The notes under the pieces are model-generated. The model was not told the DNA's origin. It worked only from the letters and a program-made list of their open reading frames with translations, and did not search any database. DNA of 64,000 bases from Haliotis rubra. Lineage: Eukaryota. This document shows positions 40,947 to 53,965 of this stretch, in pieces. The first letter of the stretch is position 1. The number at the start of each line of letters is the position of its first letter. Location of the stretch: assembly GCF_003918875.1 (NCBI RefSeq), contig NW_025767501.1, forward strand, positions 1,302,001-1,366,000, given 5' to 3'. Made by a program: the position numbers and the translations under genes.

Positions 40947-41567
40947 TCTTACTGAAATGGCCAGCATCAACAGTGATTTGTTATACTGTTAAATATATAT
41001 ATCATACATTCAGCACTAAATGCTGCAACTTGTTGAATGTTGTAACCGCTGTAAATAAACTAACACCATATATAAGAATATGTTAACAAAATTTCAAAGT
41101 TAATTTCAAAGTTAGTATCATAGTTAGTATCAAAGATAGTTTCAGGTATAATGTATTCCTATCATTGCATCTTCAGTCTGTTAAGTTATTTTTTTTATAC
41201 ATTTTTTAGATCTGAAAGAAAATGTTTGTGCAGCAGATTTTTGAATTAGTTCACAAGACAAATATAGGCATTAATCAGAATATTTACCTGTAAAACAATG
41301 CTCACCATAACTGTAATCACTAAATGATAAAACTCATGAAGTGACAATGGTGGAATATCGTGATGGTTAAAGTGTTCACTTGTTGTACCAAACAGGCATT
41401 CATTTTCTCACTTGGAAGCCCATCGCTGGCTTCCCCAAGAATGATATAGCTGGAATACTTAAATAATCTCCATATAAAATATGGACCAAATCATTAGCCA
41501 GGTTAGTGAGTTACAGGGTCAATTGGCAAAATCAGCCTTTTTCACAATATGATATTGACGATTGTTT

Positions 41568-41744
41568 AGTGAGTGAGTTAAGTTTCACGCCGCACTCAGC
41601 AATATTCAGGCTATGTGGCGGAAGTCTGTAAATAATCGAGTGATCAACAGCATGAGCGATCTGCGCAATTGGGAACTGATGACATGTGTCAACCAAATCA
41701 GCGAGCCTGACCACCCGATCCCATTAATTGCCTCTTACGACAAG
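41568..41744 (-). mobile_element. SINE-like family A, 5'-truncated with an internal deletion
   Basis: Reverse complement reads CTTGTCGTAAGAGGC...GGTCAGGCTCGCTGA...GAATATTGCTGAGTGCGGCGTGAAACTTAACTCACTCACT. Confidence 0.85.
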
Positions 41745-43659
41745 TTAAGATTGATCTAGTTGTTGATATAATGCATCGTCTTCTAGGTGGAACTGTTGGG
41801 AAAATCCTGTGTAATATTGAGGACATGAGTAAACTTTTGAAGAATAAAGATGCTGATGAAGTCAACACTAGCCATTGACCTCATCAGGAATTTACTGATA
41901 TCCTACCCACCAAACCTCATGTGTTAACCCACCTATTCAACCAATGGCTCACTGTCTCAGTGTATTGCAATCACCTAAATCAAATCTTGACATTCACACC
42001 TTGAGAACCCAAGTGTACTGATGATGGAAATTACATAAGATTTCACATCTGTCAAAAAAACTGCTGCAATTCAAGTACAAAGAACATGAAAGATAATTTT
42101 ATTTTTCAAGCATGACATAATTTCTTTCTTCAACCATGCTACAGCATTTTAGTAATGGCTATCAGAATTTTCAAAGACACGCTTTTGTTTTTTATCAAAA
42201 GGAAACAGTGCTTTAATCGAGTATTCAGGGACACACTTTCACTTTTGTGTTCGGATGTCTTGAAACAAGAATCCATGAATCATGGATTCACTTGTAGTTG
42301 TGTGTCATTGGTCATCTCAAAAACTGCCTTGAAACAAAGAGTTGCCATTGTGCTGTAAAAATAAAAACATCAAGCATTCACTTTGTGAGGATGTTCATCC
42401 TTATGCTGAACTAGTAACGCTAATATTAGCAGTTCAAAGTTTTAAATAGGAGTTTCATCTCGATATAAACATGATAATTGTACATTTTTTACTTATTCTT
42501 TTATCAACTTGCTTGCTTCCCAATTGTCTGATGGAAATTCAGGGTAAGAACAGATTCTGTACATGTGTGGCACAAGACTGTTCAGACTGTGATTTGATTG
42601 ATTGTGTGACATCATAGCCTGAGTTGGTGCTCACAATATCGATCTCTGAATAGTCTGGACAAGATATCATTATATACAGAGGCTACAGCAGCATGTCTGT
42701 ATCCTGCAGGTATAAACAAGCAGTGTATTATTCGGATTACTCCATTGAACCCCAGTGATATCGAGGCTATGTGTACCTCTATAGCAGGGCAATTATTATG
42801 ATGATGATAACTGAATAAAGTCCTATTGTCAATTTTCAAATGTCCTAATTGAGGATGTGCCTGATGTTTCTCCAGTGTTTGAGTGGGTGGAGAGCTCATG
42901 CCACACATCTACATTGTGAATAGAATGTCGACAGGGGAAACAAGGGAATATTTTTCCATGTTATAGATCGCTAGGGCTGCCTGCCATTTAGGAAATGAAC
43001 TATTGAAAATAGATACCGGTTGTGTGAAACAAGAAGTGACACAAAGCTGTTCGCAGGAAATGACCAGTTTATGATATATTATGCTTGCTTTTATACTGCA
43101 GAAGAAGATGGTAAATAATATGCTTGATTCGATTCCATTGTGTGGATGTGAATGGTATGGCTTGCAAATCAATACGCACTGTTCAGAATCAAATATTGAA
43201 GTTGAGGAACAAAGTTATTTGGATAGTTTCACAGCGTCATACACATCCCAAGGTTATTGTGGGTACTCAATCTTGAATGTCTGATGCGGAGACTGTGATA
43301 TCGAGATCACCGATGATATCTCATTGAAACATGCACCAAACTGTACTAACAGTAATTGCCTGCTTGCTACATCAGCATCCTGGTGTCTGGAGCTTCAGTG
43401 ACACACTGGCTCACTTGTTTCATGCTGTCATGATGCAATATGGAGAAACATTTATTCCCATGAGGTTTATAGGAAATTGGAGGCTGTAAAGAATATAGCA
43501 GACATATTTTTTTGTTTGATGTCGGTCGTTGTGTCTGTTGATGATATATATGGGATAAAAATAGCTGGATTACTCTCAGGGTTGTGATTTGGTGATTATT
43601 TTTTTAGTGTGTGTGTTTGTTGTTTGATTCTGCACTGGGAATATTTCTGCAATATGGTA

Positions 43660-45714
43660 GCTGTCACTCACTATTACATGCATGCTGTCACTCACTATTA
43701 CATGCATGCTGTGAGTGTACTATTATATGCATGCTGTCACTCACTATTACATGCATGCTGTCACTCACTATTACATGCATGCTGTCACTCACTATTACAT
43801 GCATGCTGTCACTCACTATTACATGCATGCTGTCACTCACTATTACATGCATGCTGTCACTCACTATTACATGCATGCTGTCACTCACTATTACATGCAT
43901 GCTGTCACTCACTATTACATGCATGCTGTCACTACACTATTACATGCATGTTGTCACTCACTATTACATGCATGCTGTCACTCACTATTACATGCATGCT
44001 CTGAGTGTACTATTACATGCATGCTGTCACTCACTATTACATGCATGCTGTCACTCACTATTACATGCATGCTGTCACTACTATTACATGCATGCTGTCA
44101 CTCACTATTACATGCATGCTGTCACTGTACACTATTACATGCATGCTGTCACTCACTATTACATGCATGCTGTCACTCACTATTATATGCATGCTGTCAC
44201 TCACTATTACATGCATGCTGTCACTCACTATTACATGCATGCTGTCACTCACTATTACATGCATGCTGTCACTCACTATTACATGCATGCTGTCACTCAC
44301 TATTACATGCATGCTGTCACTCACTATTACATGCATGCTGTCACTCACTATTACATGCATGCTGTCACTCACTATTACATGCATGCTGTCACTCACTATT
44401 ACATGCATGCTGTCACTCACTATTACATGCATGCTGTCACTCACTATTACATGCATGCTGTCACTCACTATTACATGCATGCTGTCACTCACTATTACAT
44501 GCATGCTGTCACTCACTATTACATGCATGCTGTCACTCACTATTACATGCATGCTGTCACTCACTATTACATGCATGTTGTCACTCACTATTACATGCAT
44601 GCTGTCACTCACTATTACATGCCTACTGTCACTCACTATTACATGCATGCTGTCATTCACTATTACATGCATGTTGTCACTCACTATTACATGCATGCTG
44701 TCACTCACTATTACATGCATGCTGTCACTCACTATTACATGCATGCTGTCACTCACTATTACATGCATGCTGTCACTCACTATTACATGCATGCTGTCAC
44801 TCACTATTACATGCATACTGTCATTCACTCATTATTGCATTACATGCTGTCACTCACTATTACATGCATGCTGTCATTCACTATTACATGCCTACTGTCA
44901 TTCACTATTACATGCCTACTGTCATTCACTATTACATGCCTACTGTCATTCACTATTACATGCATGCTGTCATTCACTATTACATGCATGCTGTCATTCA
45001 CTATTACATGCATGCTGTCACTCACTATTACATGCATGCTGTCACTCACTATTATATGCATGCTGTCACTCACTATTACATGCATGCTGTCACTCACTAT
45101 TACATGCATGCTGCTGTCACTCACTATTACATGCATGCTGTCACTCACTATTACATGCATGCTGTCACTCACTATTACATGCATGCTGTCACTCACTATT
45201 ACATGCATGCTGTCACTCACTATTACATGCATGCTGTCACTCACTATTACATGCATGCTGTCACTCACTATTACATGCATGCTGTCACTCACTATTACAT
45301 GCATGCTGTCACTCACTATTACATGCATGCTGTCATTACATGCATGCTGTCACTCACTATTACATGCATGCTGTCACTCTCTATTACATGCATGCTGTCA
45401 CTCTCACTATTATGCATGCTGTCACTCACTATTACATGCATGCTGTCACTCACTATTACATGCATGCTGTCACTCACTATTACATGCATGCTGTCACTCA
45501 CTATTACATGCATGCTGTCACTCACTATTACATGCATACTGTCACTCACTATTACATGCATGCTGTCACTCACTATTACATGCATGCTGTCACTCACTAT
45601 TACATGCATGCTGCCACTCACTATTACATGCATGCTGTCACTCACTATTACATGCATGCTGCCACTCACTATTACATGCTTGCTGTCACTCACTAAAACA
45701 TGCATGCTGTCACT
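43660..45714. repeat. 24-bp minisatellite, about 85 copies
   Basis: Unit GCTGTCACTCACTATTACATGCAT. It is stop-free in all three plus frames, which produces the 722- and 563-aa ORFs. Confidence 0.97.
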
Positions 45715-47449
45715 TTCACAACTTTCATTGGAAGTTGCTTTTCATGACCAAGTTAATTCTTCCAGAAGCAACAAAGTAGACTTTAGGAGCTTTCAGCGCC
45801 ACACGTCTTCAGCTGGAACCAAAAAACATGGAATCATGTTTGTAGGACCAGAAACAGATGGTAAATGTTGTGTCTCTTGTTGAGTTTCTTGTGTAGTGTC
45901 TGTAAGCTGACTCCAAGTTTGTACTGCCAGAAGTCTTGTGCAGGAAAATAAACCTTGTGTATCAGATTTCACATAAAACTTCACCAGTGTTGTCAGTGGT
46001 TGTAACTACATTAACTGAAAAAAGATTGGTGATTTCTCCATTGTTAAATAAGAAATGAAAAAAGAAATCATGTGTTATATAACACACTAGTCAAAAGAGA
46101 TATTCTAGCTGAATAATAATCAAATTTGATATATTTTCCAATTTTTAAAGCACATCATACAATTTTTATCTCTATGCCTCCTGTTATCATTTGTTTTGCT
46201 CTCCAAGAGATTCATCCTGAGAAACATACAGCTGCACAGTTTGGATGATATAGGAAACTGTATCTTGGTTTCATAAAACTTCCATACGTCCTTGTAGAGA
46301 GCCATGCTTGTCAGGCAAGTGAATTGGTTTAGTCATTGCCTGTGGAGCATCACCTCACTATTTTACTCTGTGTACAAATGCTGCAACTTTTACAGGTTCC
46401 TGTTTCACTATGTGGTAATAGGACTCCAACTGTTACAAGTATTTTTATTTGCACCGTGGAAGAACTACTGTCCAATGGGCAAGATACAGGTAACATTGTT
46501 TACTTTGAAGATCTTGTGGTTCACTGGGTTTCAGATTTGATTTGAAACACGGCAAGGAGGAAATATTGAAACTGTATTGGACATGTTCAACTTTTTCACA
46601 GTGAAACACTCACACTGGCAATTGTGGGAAGTGATGTTTGATGTTTCAACATCATAATGTCAATAAACATTTACACTCAGCTGTTTCAGAAGGAACTGAC
46701 ATGATCACGTTTATGATTCAAATCAAGTTAACACCATTTCGTAATAATACAATGTTAAACATTTTGTCCCTTGATGCGGAAATTATCATTATTTTTTGGT
46801 TTTTAAGTGAATTTCCATGTTTTTACACAGATAATGTGTCACAAGTGTATGATGGTTTTGTACATTTATGTTTACTTGATAGATAGAATGTATCTTTGAG
46901 TGCATTCACTTTAGCAGAATACCTTCCATATTCACATGGGGATTTTTCCACTGAGGATGTTAATCAGTCATTTATTTGTCGGATTAGAAATGGCTTTTTG
47001 ACATGCAAACTGCTTGCAAGATTCAATCCTAAAGCCTTTGATCAAAATGTTGAAAAGAGAAAACTTAATAGGAATTAAGTATTGTGTTGTTTATTTACTT
47101 TATTTTTATGAGGGGTTGGAACATGTTTGTCTGATGTTCTGTAGTGTTTCTTGTTGATTGTTCTGCTTGCACAGCAGATGCTTTGAGGATTAATGACTGA
47201 AGCTGCTTGCACTGAAACTCTAGGTCGATAATGTTCAGGTTGTAACAGTCTCATATGCAGGAAGTCACACATGCAATGCACACATGCGTAAACTTTATTG
47301 ATAAACTGAAGTATCCTCACCCACGCTTATATTTCCAACTGAGTTCATTTCCTTAATGTTGGCATGTTCGTTTGGTAAGGAGGCAATTTGTCTTCGTTTC
47401 TGGATTCTTTCACTTCAAAAAGAGAAGATCCGTGTTGTGTAATTATTTC

Positions 47450-47465
47450 AGAGAGAGAGAGAGAG

Positions 47466-47522
<57 letters not shown>
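47450..47522. repeat. Compound (GA)n(GT)n microsatellite
   Basis: Directly visible. Confidence 0.98.
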
Positions 47523-47526
<4 letters not shown>

Positions 47527-47795
47527 TTGTTCGTGAGTGCGTGTATGTTTGTTCGTAGTAAAGGAAAATGTATTTATTGTGACATGTTTTTACTTGGTTT
47601 TAACTTTTTGTCCTGATCTTCATTGGTATCTGCTGAAGGAAACAACACAGATATTTTAATTTCCTTTTTTCATATTTCATCATTCTTGAAGTACACAGCC
47701 CAACATGTCCTAGATAAGAAACTTTCAAAGGCACAAGCATGACAAGAGGCACCAGTTACAATCTTGATGATGGCATCGGCCTGTTCATGTGTCAA

Positions 47796-48093
47796 ACTTC
47801 ATTTCCAAAACACTACTTAAAATACTTCATTTCCAGAACACTACTTAAAATAGTTCATTTCCAGAACACTACTTAAATACTTCATTTCCAGAACACTACT
47901 TAAATACTTCATTTCCAGAACACTACATAAAATACTTCATTTCCAGAACACTACTTAAGTACTTCATTTCCAGAACACTACTTAAATACTTCATTTCCAG
48001 AACACTACTTAAATACTTCATTTCCAGAACACTACTTAAAATACTTCATTTCCAGAACACTCCTCAATATACCTCATTTCTAGAACACTACTT
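47796..48093. repeat. 27-28-bp minisatellite, about 11 copies
   Basis: Unit TACTTCATTTCCAGAACACTACTTAAA(A). Confidence 0.9.
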
Positions 48094-49328
48094 TAAAAAA
48101 TTCCAAATGAACCCTATCAGCACTTATTTAATGTATGAGGGAAGGTTAATAATGATTTCTTTTAGTCTTTTTCTGAATGAGACGGTGACAATTGAATTTT
48201 CTGTTCCATGGCAACTTTATCCACAGAACATAACCAACAGGTGGTTATATCAGCTGTTCCTAGTTTATTCCAAATGATGTCTTTTAACATTCATGTTGAT
48301 GAAAGCACATCTCTTATGCTTCGTAAAGCATTGAATATACTTGATGTTCTAACTAACCTGCACAATCATTACAGCAGCCATACAGAAAACAATACTACTG
48401 GCAACTCATCCACAGTTTCAGGCAGGTAGTTACTGTGACTGTGGAACTTAGGCCTTGATATATTCTATTTTCTTTTACTGACAGTAAAGGCAAGTACAGT
48501 TTAAACCAGTTCAACTCCAGTCTCCATGAACAAAACAGCAGTGGAAAGTTTCTTTGAAAAGATATGAATTAAATTTTAAGGACATGTTTTCACGGTAGTC
48601 TGAAGCATTTGCCTGACAATGAAGGGGTTCAGTTCATCCAAGACATCAGAATTTAATATTCACGTATAGTTCTATTAGTCTGTGAGGCATTTTGGACACC
48701 TTTTATCATTATTACTTATTTTATAAATATATTTCTCATGATCCATGGTCAAACTAAAAATAGAGAATTTGGTGTAAGTTCCTTAAATGATCACTTAAAA
48801 GTATTTTCAGTATTGTGGAATAAGGAAAAAGTTTATATATTTAAATAACTAAGTTTTACACCTCCATTGACCTTTTTATATTTATTGTCCTTGCTAATTT
48901 GATTGGACTTGGTGTGGCATTAACAAAACAGTTCTGAAAATGTAATTGTGATGTAGTTTCTGCTCACTGTTAACTTGACAATGTATTTCTAAATCAGTAC
49001 TTGCTCTTTTAAAAACCAATTCTTCACTGTCGAATATATTTTAATAAATAATACTGGCCATTAGTATTACAGATATATCTTTGTTGAAGACAAATGTCTG
49101 TGGCCTTTGTGGATGATATTGCGAAGTCACACAGTTTCAACATTTGTCTAAGAACAGTATAATGGATGGGGTTGAAGCCTTTTCAGTGTCATGCATCATT
49201 TATGGATGTAGTGATTGAAACAATTTAGAATTCAAAATTTAATTGTTTTCACTTTCTTTGATATATATTTTTCAATATGTCACTGACTCACTCCCAGCAT
49301 CATAATGTTCCTATCAACGCGTCTTTTT

Positions 49329-50234
49329 AAGAAATACAGTTCGCTCTACCACCATGTATAGTGTAATAAAGCACACTTTCGCCCTGAACTATTATAGTTA
49401 AAGCACGAGGACGCTTGAGTGCTTGAACGTTATAATAGTTCAGGGCGAAAGTGTGCTTTATTACACTATACATGGTGGTAGAGCGAACTGTATTTCTTTT
49501 CTAAGATGCCAAATTTAATGCTTTCTAAGGATAATTACGATTAATCTAAGGCAGAAAACAAACAACGGTTTTGGTGACCTGAATTAAGAATCACCACACA
49601 GGGCTAACTGGTGCGCTGTTCTATTGATGTGTCTGCCCCCCTATGTTAAGACGAACGTTACCAGAAAAAAACAAATGCTAAACAGTTCGATGACGGTTTA
49701 CGTTCGGATTAATATCTTCTTTAAATTATTTTACTTACATCTGTGACTAACGTAAACCATATGGGGCTATATGAACGTCACATTTCTACTACCAACATTA
49801 ATTAAGATCAGTACACCCAGATGAAGCTGAGTAGTCAAGTGGCATTCCACGATTGCATTCTGGGAATGTAAACATTGCGAACGTTTAATGTCGGTGAAAA
49901 CTTGTGAGTCGAATTGAGACATTTTAACTGTTGGAAAACATAAACGTAATGTTTCCACCAGTGATGTTAGTTGCGTGAAGCAACTGCAAATCAAGAAACA
50001 GGATGCAACGGAGTAGTTTACTGTAGGAGGCTGTATGAGGCGATGTCAGCTGACATGCATCGTGACGTCGCTTACATTGTGACGTAATGCAAAAAAGTGT
50101 TCGATTACGAGGGGGCAGACTAGAATGGTGCAGTGACACCAATACGTTGTGACGTAATATATTGCAAAAAGTGCACATTATCGTCTGATAAAGTACTGTT
50201 GGTGCCTTTGATCTTTCACCGAAGCATCTTAGAA
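49329..50234. mobile_element. Young hairpin-headed non-autonomous element with an ICR-like junction
   Basis: Perfect 68-bp inverted arms 49329-49396 / 49431-49498, immediately followed by TTCTAAGATGC (49499-49509). Its exact complement GCATCTTAGAA lies at 50224-50234. The body retains CpGs, unlike the flanks. Confidence 0.7.
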
Positions 50235-50279
50235 TTACAATTATTATTGATTTGCAGTTCCAATGACCAAAACACAGGA

Positions 50280-50474
50280 GAAGGATGAGGACTATTTTTT
50301 ATGGATATACAACTTCTTTATTCTGTATAGGCGACATTTTGACATGGATTCTAACGTCGTCAAGCAAGAATCTATGTCGAAACGTCGCCTATACAGAATA
50401 ATCAAGTTGTATATCCATAAAAAATAGTCCTCATCCTTCATCTTCCCAACTTCTAGAATGCCAATCAAAGAAGT
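50280..50474. mobile_element. Inverted pair of Penelope-like pLTR 3' ends
   Basis: About 73-bp inverted arms 50280-50352 / 50367-50439 carrying GTCGAAACGTCG...AATAA..AAGTTGTATATCC. Flanked by AAAACACAGGAGA (50269-50281) / AAAACATAGGAGA (50475-50487). Confidence 0.6.
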
Positions 50475-51310
50475 AAAACATAGGAGAGTAGGTGAAGAAA
50501 AAATCTCTTTCGAGAGGTTTGTTTGTTACAACAGTGCCTGAAAACCCATTTGGCAATAAAATATGTCATAACTGTTTTCATACATATTCTGATTAATGGT
50601 ATAAAAGTCACTATGACACCATATTTTAATAACTTCCAGGTACATGGAAATTTCTAAATTTTACACATACATGCATGTTGAATTTTTTAAGAGTGCAACT
50701 TTAAGTTTTGAGAAAAACAATCTGTAAGCTTAATCTGTACATACAGTAAAGACATACTGTACTCATTTTACTCATTTATTCATTTTACTTAAGCTTGCAG
50801 ACGTCCTGGCAGGACATGCCTTGTTTTGAGTGACAGGACTTTATGAAATGGGTGAAGCCCTCGTTATGATCCAAGTCCATCAGACATCTGTGATGTGTCT
50901 TATCCATGGGTTATTGTCATGGCGATCACACAGCGATTGAGATACAATCTGATTGGATGTTACTGCCTTGACAGTTGTAATTGACTATGACTAATGGCAG
51001 CGTGTGCAGGATTAGTGGTCTGAAGGTCAGGATAGTCTTGGAATGCAGATTCATAATTTCCGTGATTCTTTTATCAATAATATTGCTGTTCCTTTATAAA
51101 TCTGTCTGTATCAAGATCTTTTGTTTGTTATAAGATCCAGCCACTTGTCAAAATAACAGCTGTCCCCACATCCAGATATTTAATTCACTTCAATTGACCG
51201 AACCATGTTGACAAACCCTGACCCTACCAAATTCACCTATTATGCTACTGTTGACTACACCATATTGACAAAACCCAGATCCTACCAAATTCACCTGTTC
51301 TTCCCTTGAG

Positions 51311-51527
51311 CACCTGAGAAGATCCAGGTTAGAATTGATCTTCAGTAACCCATGGGATTTGGTGGTCAGACTCACTGACTTGGTTGACACGTCATCATAT
51401 CCCAATTGCTTGGATCAGTGCTCATGCTGTTGATCACTGGATTGTCTGGTCCAGACTTGATTTTGTACAGACTGCCATCATATAGCTGGAATATTGCTGA
51501 GTGCAGCTTAAAACTAAACTCACTCAC
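51311..51527 (+). mobile_element. SINE-like family A with an internal deletion of the GTCG hairpin
   Basis: Family A homology; TSD TCTTCCCTTGAG (51299-51310) / TCTTCCCTTTAG (51528-51539). Confidence 0.9.
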
Positions 51528-51688
51528 TCTTCCCTTTAGACATCATGTATGCTTGCTATTTTGTCCTCTCATCAGACACCATTCATTGTAGGCCATTGTA
51601 GGTATTTTCCTTAAACACTTTATCATAGTAGGTCATTGTCCTTCCCGTTACACTTTATTGTTGTAGGACATTATCCCTCCCAAAACCT

Positions 51689-51789
51689 CAGTGGTGGATC
51701 CAGAGGGGAGGGGGAGTTCAGGGGTTCGAAACAACAACAAACACACACACTCACACACACCCTTTTGAAAATTTCTTGATCTGCCTATG
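51689..51789. mobile_element. Small hAT-like MITE
   Basis: Imperfect TIRs CAGTGGTGGATCCAG / CTTGATCTGCCTATG; 5-bp flanking duplication AACCT at 51684-51688 and 51790-51794. Confidence 0.6.
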
Positions 51790-53965
51790 AACCTTTATCA
51801 TTGTAGGCCATTGTCTATCCTTTCTGTCATCATTCATTGCTCACTGCAAGTAGTTCTCACTGATGTAATTTTACTTTTTCTTTGTGTGGTAAAACTCAGT
51901 GTTAAATTGGCAGATGGTCCTTGAGCTGTTGTTCATACTGATTATCCTAGGGATCAGCAAAAGATCACAGGTCATTATCATTGTCAATATCATACCTGTG
52001 AAGCCGGAAGGTGGGCCAATTAGACTTGAAAATGTATTTGAAATAAAAGGGACAATGTGTGCAAATATTACAGGATAATGTATAGAAGCTACCTGCAAGA
52101 TGAAGGAATGGATGAGGTCAGTGGAAGGAGGGATGTATGAGCTGTGTGAAAGATGTGATGTCAGTCTGGTGTCAGCATGGTGAAGTAATACACGAGAATC
52201 ATGAATGAATGGTTATGTCAGTAGAATGAAGAGAGTTACTCATTATCAAAAAGTATATATGTAGGATATAAGTGAGATTGAGTGATACATCGGTAGACTG
52301 AAAGGATATATCAGGAGAATGAAGGGATATATCAGGAAGATGAAAAGGATCAGGAGATATACCGGTAGAATAAATGATATATAAATAGGATGAAGAAATA
52401 TATGTAATATAAAGGGATATATCAGTAGGATACGGGTAGGGTAAAGGATATATCAGAAGGCCAGGCTGTCAAGTGGGATGTGACATCATCAGCAAACAGG
52501 GATGTTGGCAGCAAGTAGGATTATGGAATGCCAGGACTCCAGGCCCGAATTAGTCGAGGCCGATGCTGAAATGAGTAGTGCCTGAAGAGTTAAGTGTTGG
52601 GTGTTAAAGCGCAGCAGGTAATCTGACTTGATAAATGATGCCTTGACTTTGACTGCAGGTCAGGAGATGTGATCCAATTATATGTCAGACGATCTTCAAT
52701 ATCAAGTCAAGCAGACTTAATGTAAATGTGTGAATGAATTTCAATCCTGCAAAAGTCTTGAACTTTTCATTCAGGAAGGAATTAGGTTAAGTGTTGTCGT
52801 GCAATGTTATTTTTGTAGAAAGCAGTATTGAAATTTCTAACAAGAGCAATATGTAGGGTTTTTTAAGGTTAAGTAACCTTTATTTTTGTTAAGGACATTT
52901 TTTTCAACTAAATCCCATGATACAATCTGAAAGGACACACACTCAAGAGTTACCCAAACATTATAGCATGAAAGACTGTAAAAGGAGGAAAGGTTCTTGA
53001 AAAGATTTTTTTTACATTACTGTGTTGTATCCAGGGAAATAGAAGAATAAAGCAATATGTTTTTATTTATCAAGTGAATTGTGTATGTCTGCTATGGTTA
53101 ACCAAAACACTGATGAAGTATTCAAACAACTATTGAGGATTGACAGGGTATGAGGTTTTGCATGACATTAATTTATAATTTTGTAATGCCTTGTAATGAT
53201 TATGAATAGGTCATGGACACAGTGACCCGAACACATTTGTCACTTAGGTGGTAGAAAACCTGGAAAAATAGGATAAAGTTGAAAACAAAATAGAAACGTA
53301 AACAAAACTCCTCCATTCTCACAGAATCACACAACCTACCAAGGTATGAAATAAAACCAAGGACTTCAGTTTGATGGACTTTATGTTACGGCAGAGACCA
53401 TATACTGGTTACAGGAGGCTGTTGTAAGTTTATTGGTAGCAGCAAATGATTGAAGCACTGGTAAAATGTTGAGTTTTAACAGGAAGTGTGATAAGAGTTA
53501 CTGCCCCTGATTGTTTTAAACAAAACAGCAAGCTCAATCATTTGCAATTTTTTTTCGAAGTAACATTTTCTTAAAGGCTCAAGATGTAGCTAGATAAGAG
53601 GGCAGTTCGAGATGATCTGATTTATCAGTGTTACATATTGGATAACTAACTTTAAAAAACCCTGATTTCTGCCATTAAATCTTTTATTTTAAAACATTTG
53701 AAGACCCTTTCCAACTGAATTCTCCATTGGTTTTGGCAGGTGTGTTTTGAATAATTTTAGAATTGGTCCAGATTGTGATGATTTGGTTTGGATTCTTTCT
53801 GAAATGGTTTGGACTGTGTACTCTGTTTTCTGCATTCTGCATATATTGAAATAGAACTAACATGTGCACACATTTTGCAGTCTCATCGGCATCTAGGATG
53901 GCAAAATATAAAGACGTTATTAAGTGAATGTGTTTATCATAATAATTCGTTAAACCCTTTACCTG

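Noticed and set aside
41350-41460. Additional very old SINE copies (also about 35150-35240 and 60045-60260)
   Set aside because: Only patchy similarity and no definable boundaries or TSDs, so not listed as features.
43611-45883. 722-, 722- and 563-aa ORFs as real genes
   Set aside because: Pure 24-bp tandem repeat, open in several frames on both strands, with frame-switching indels.
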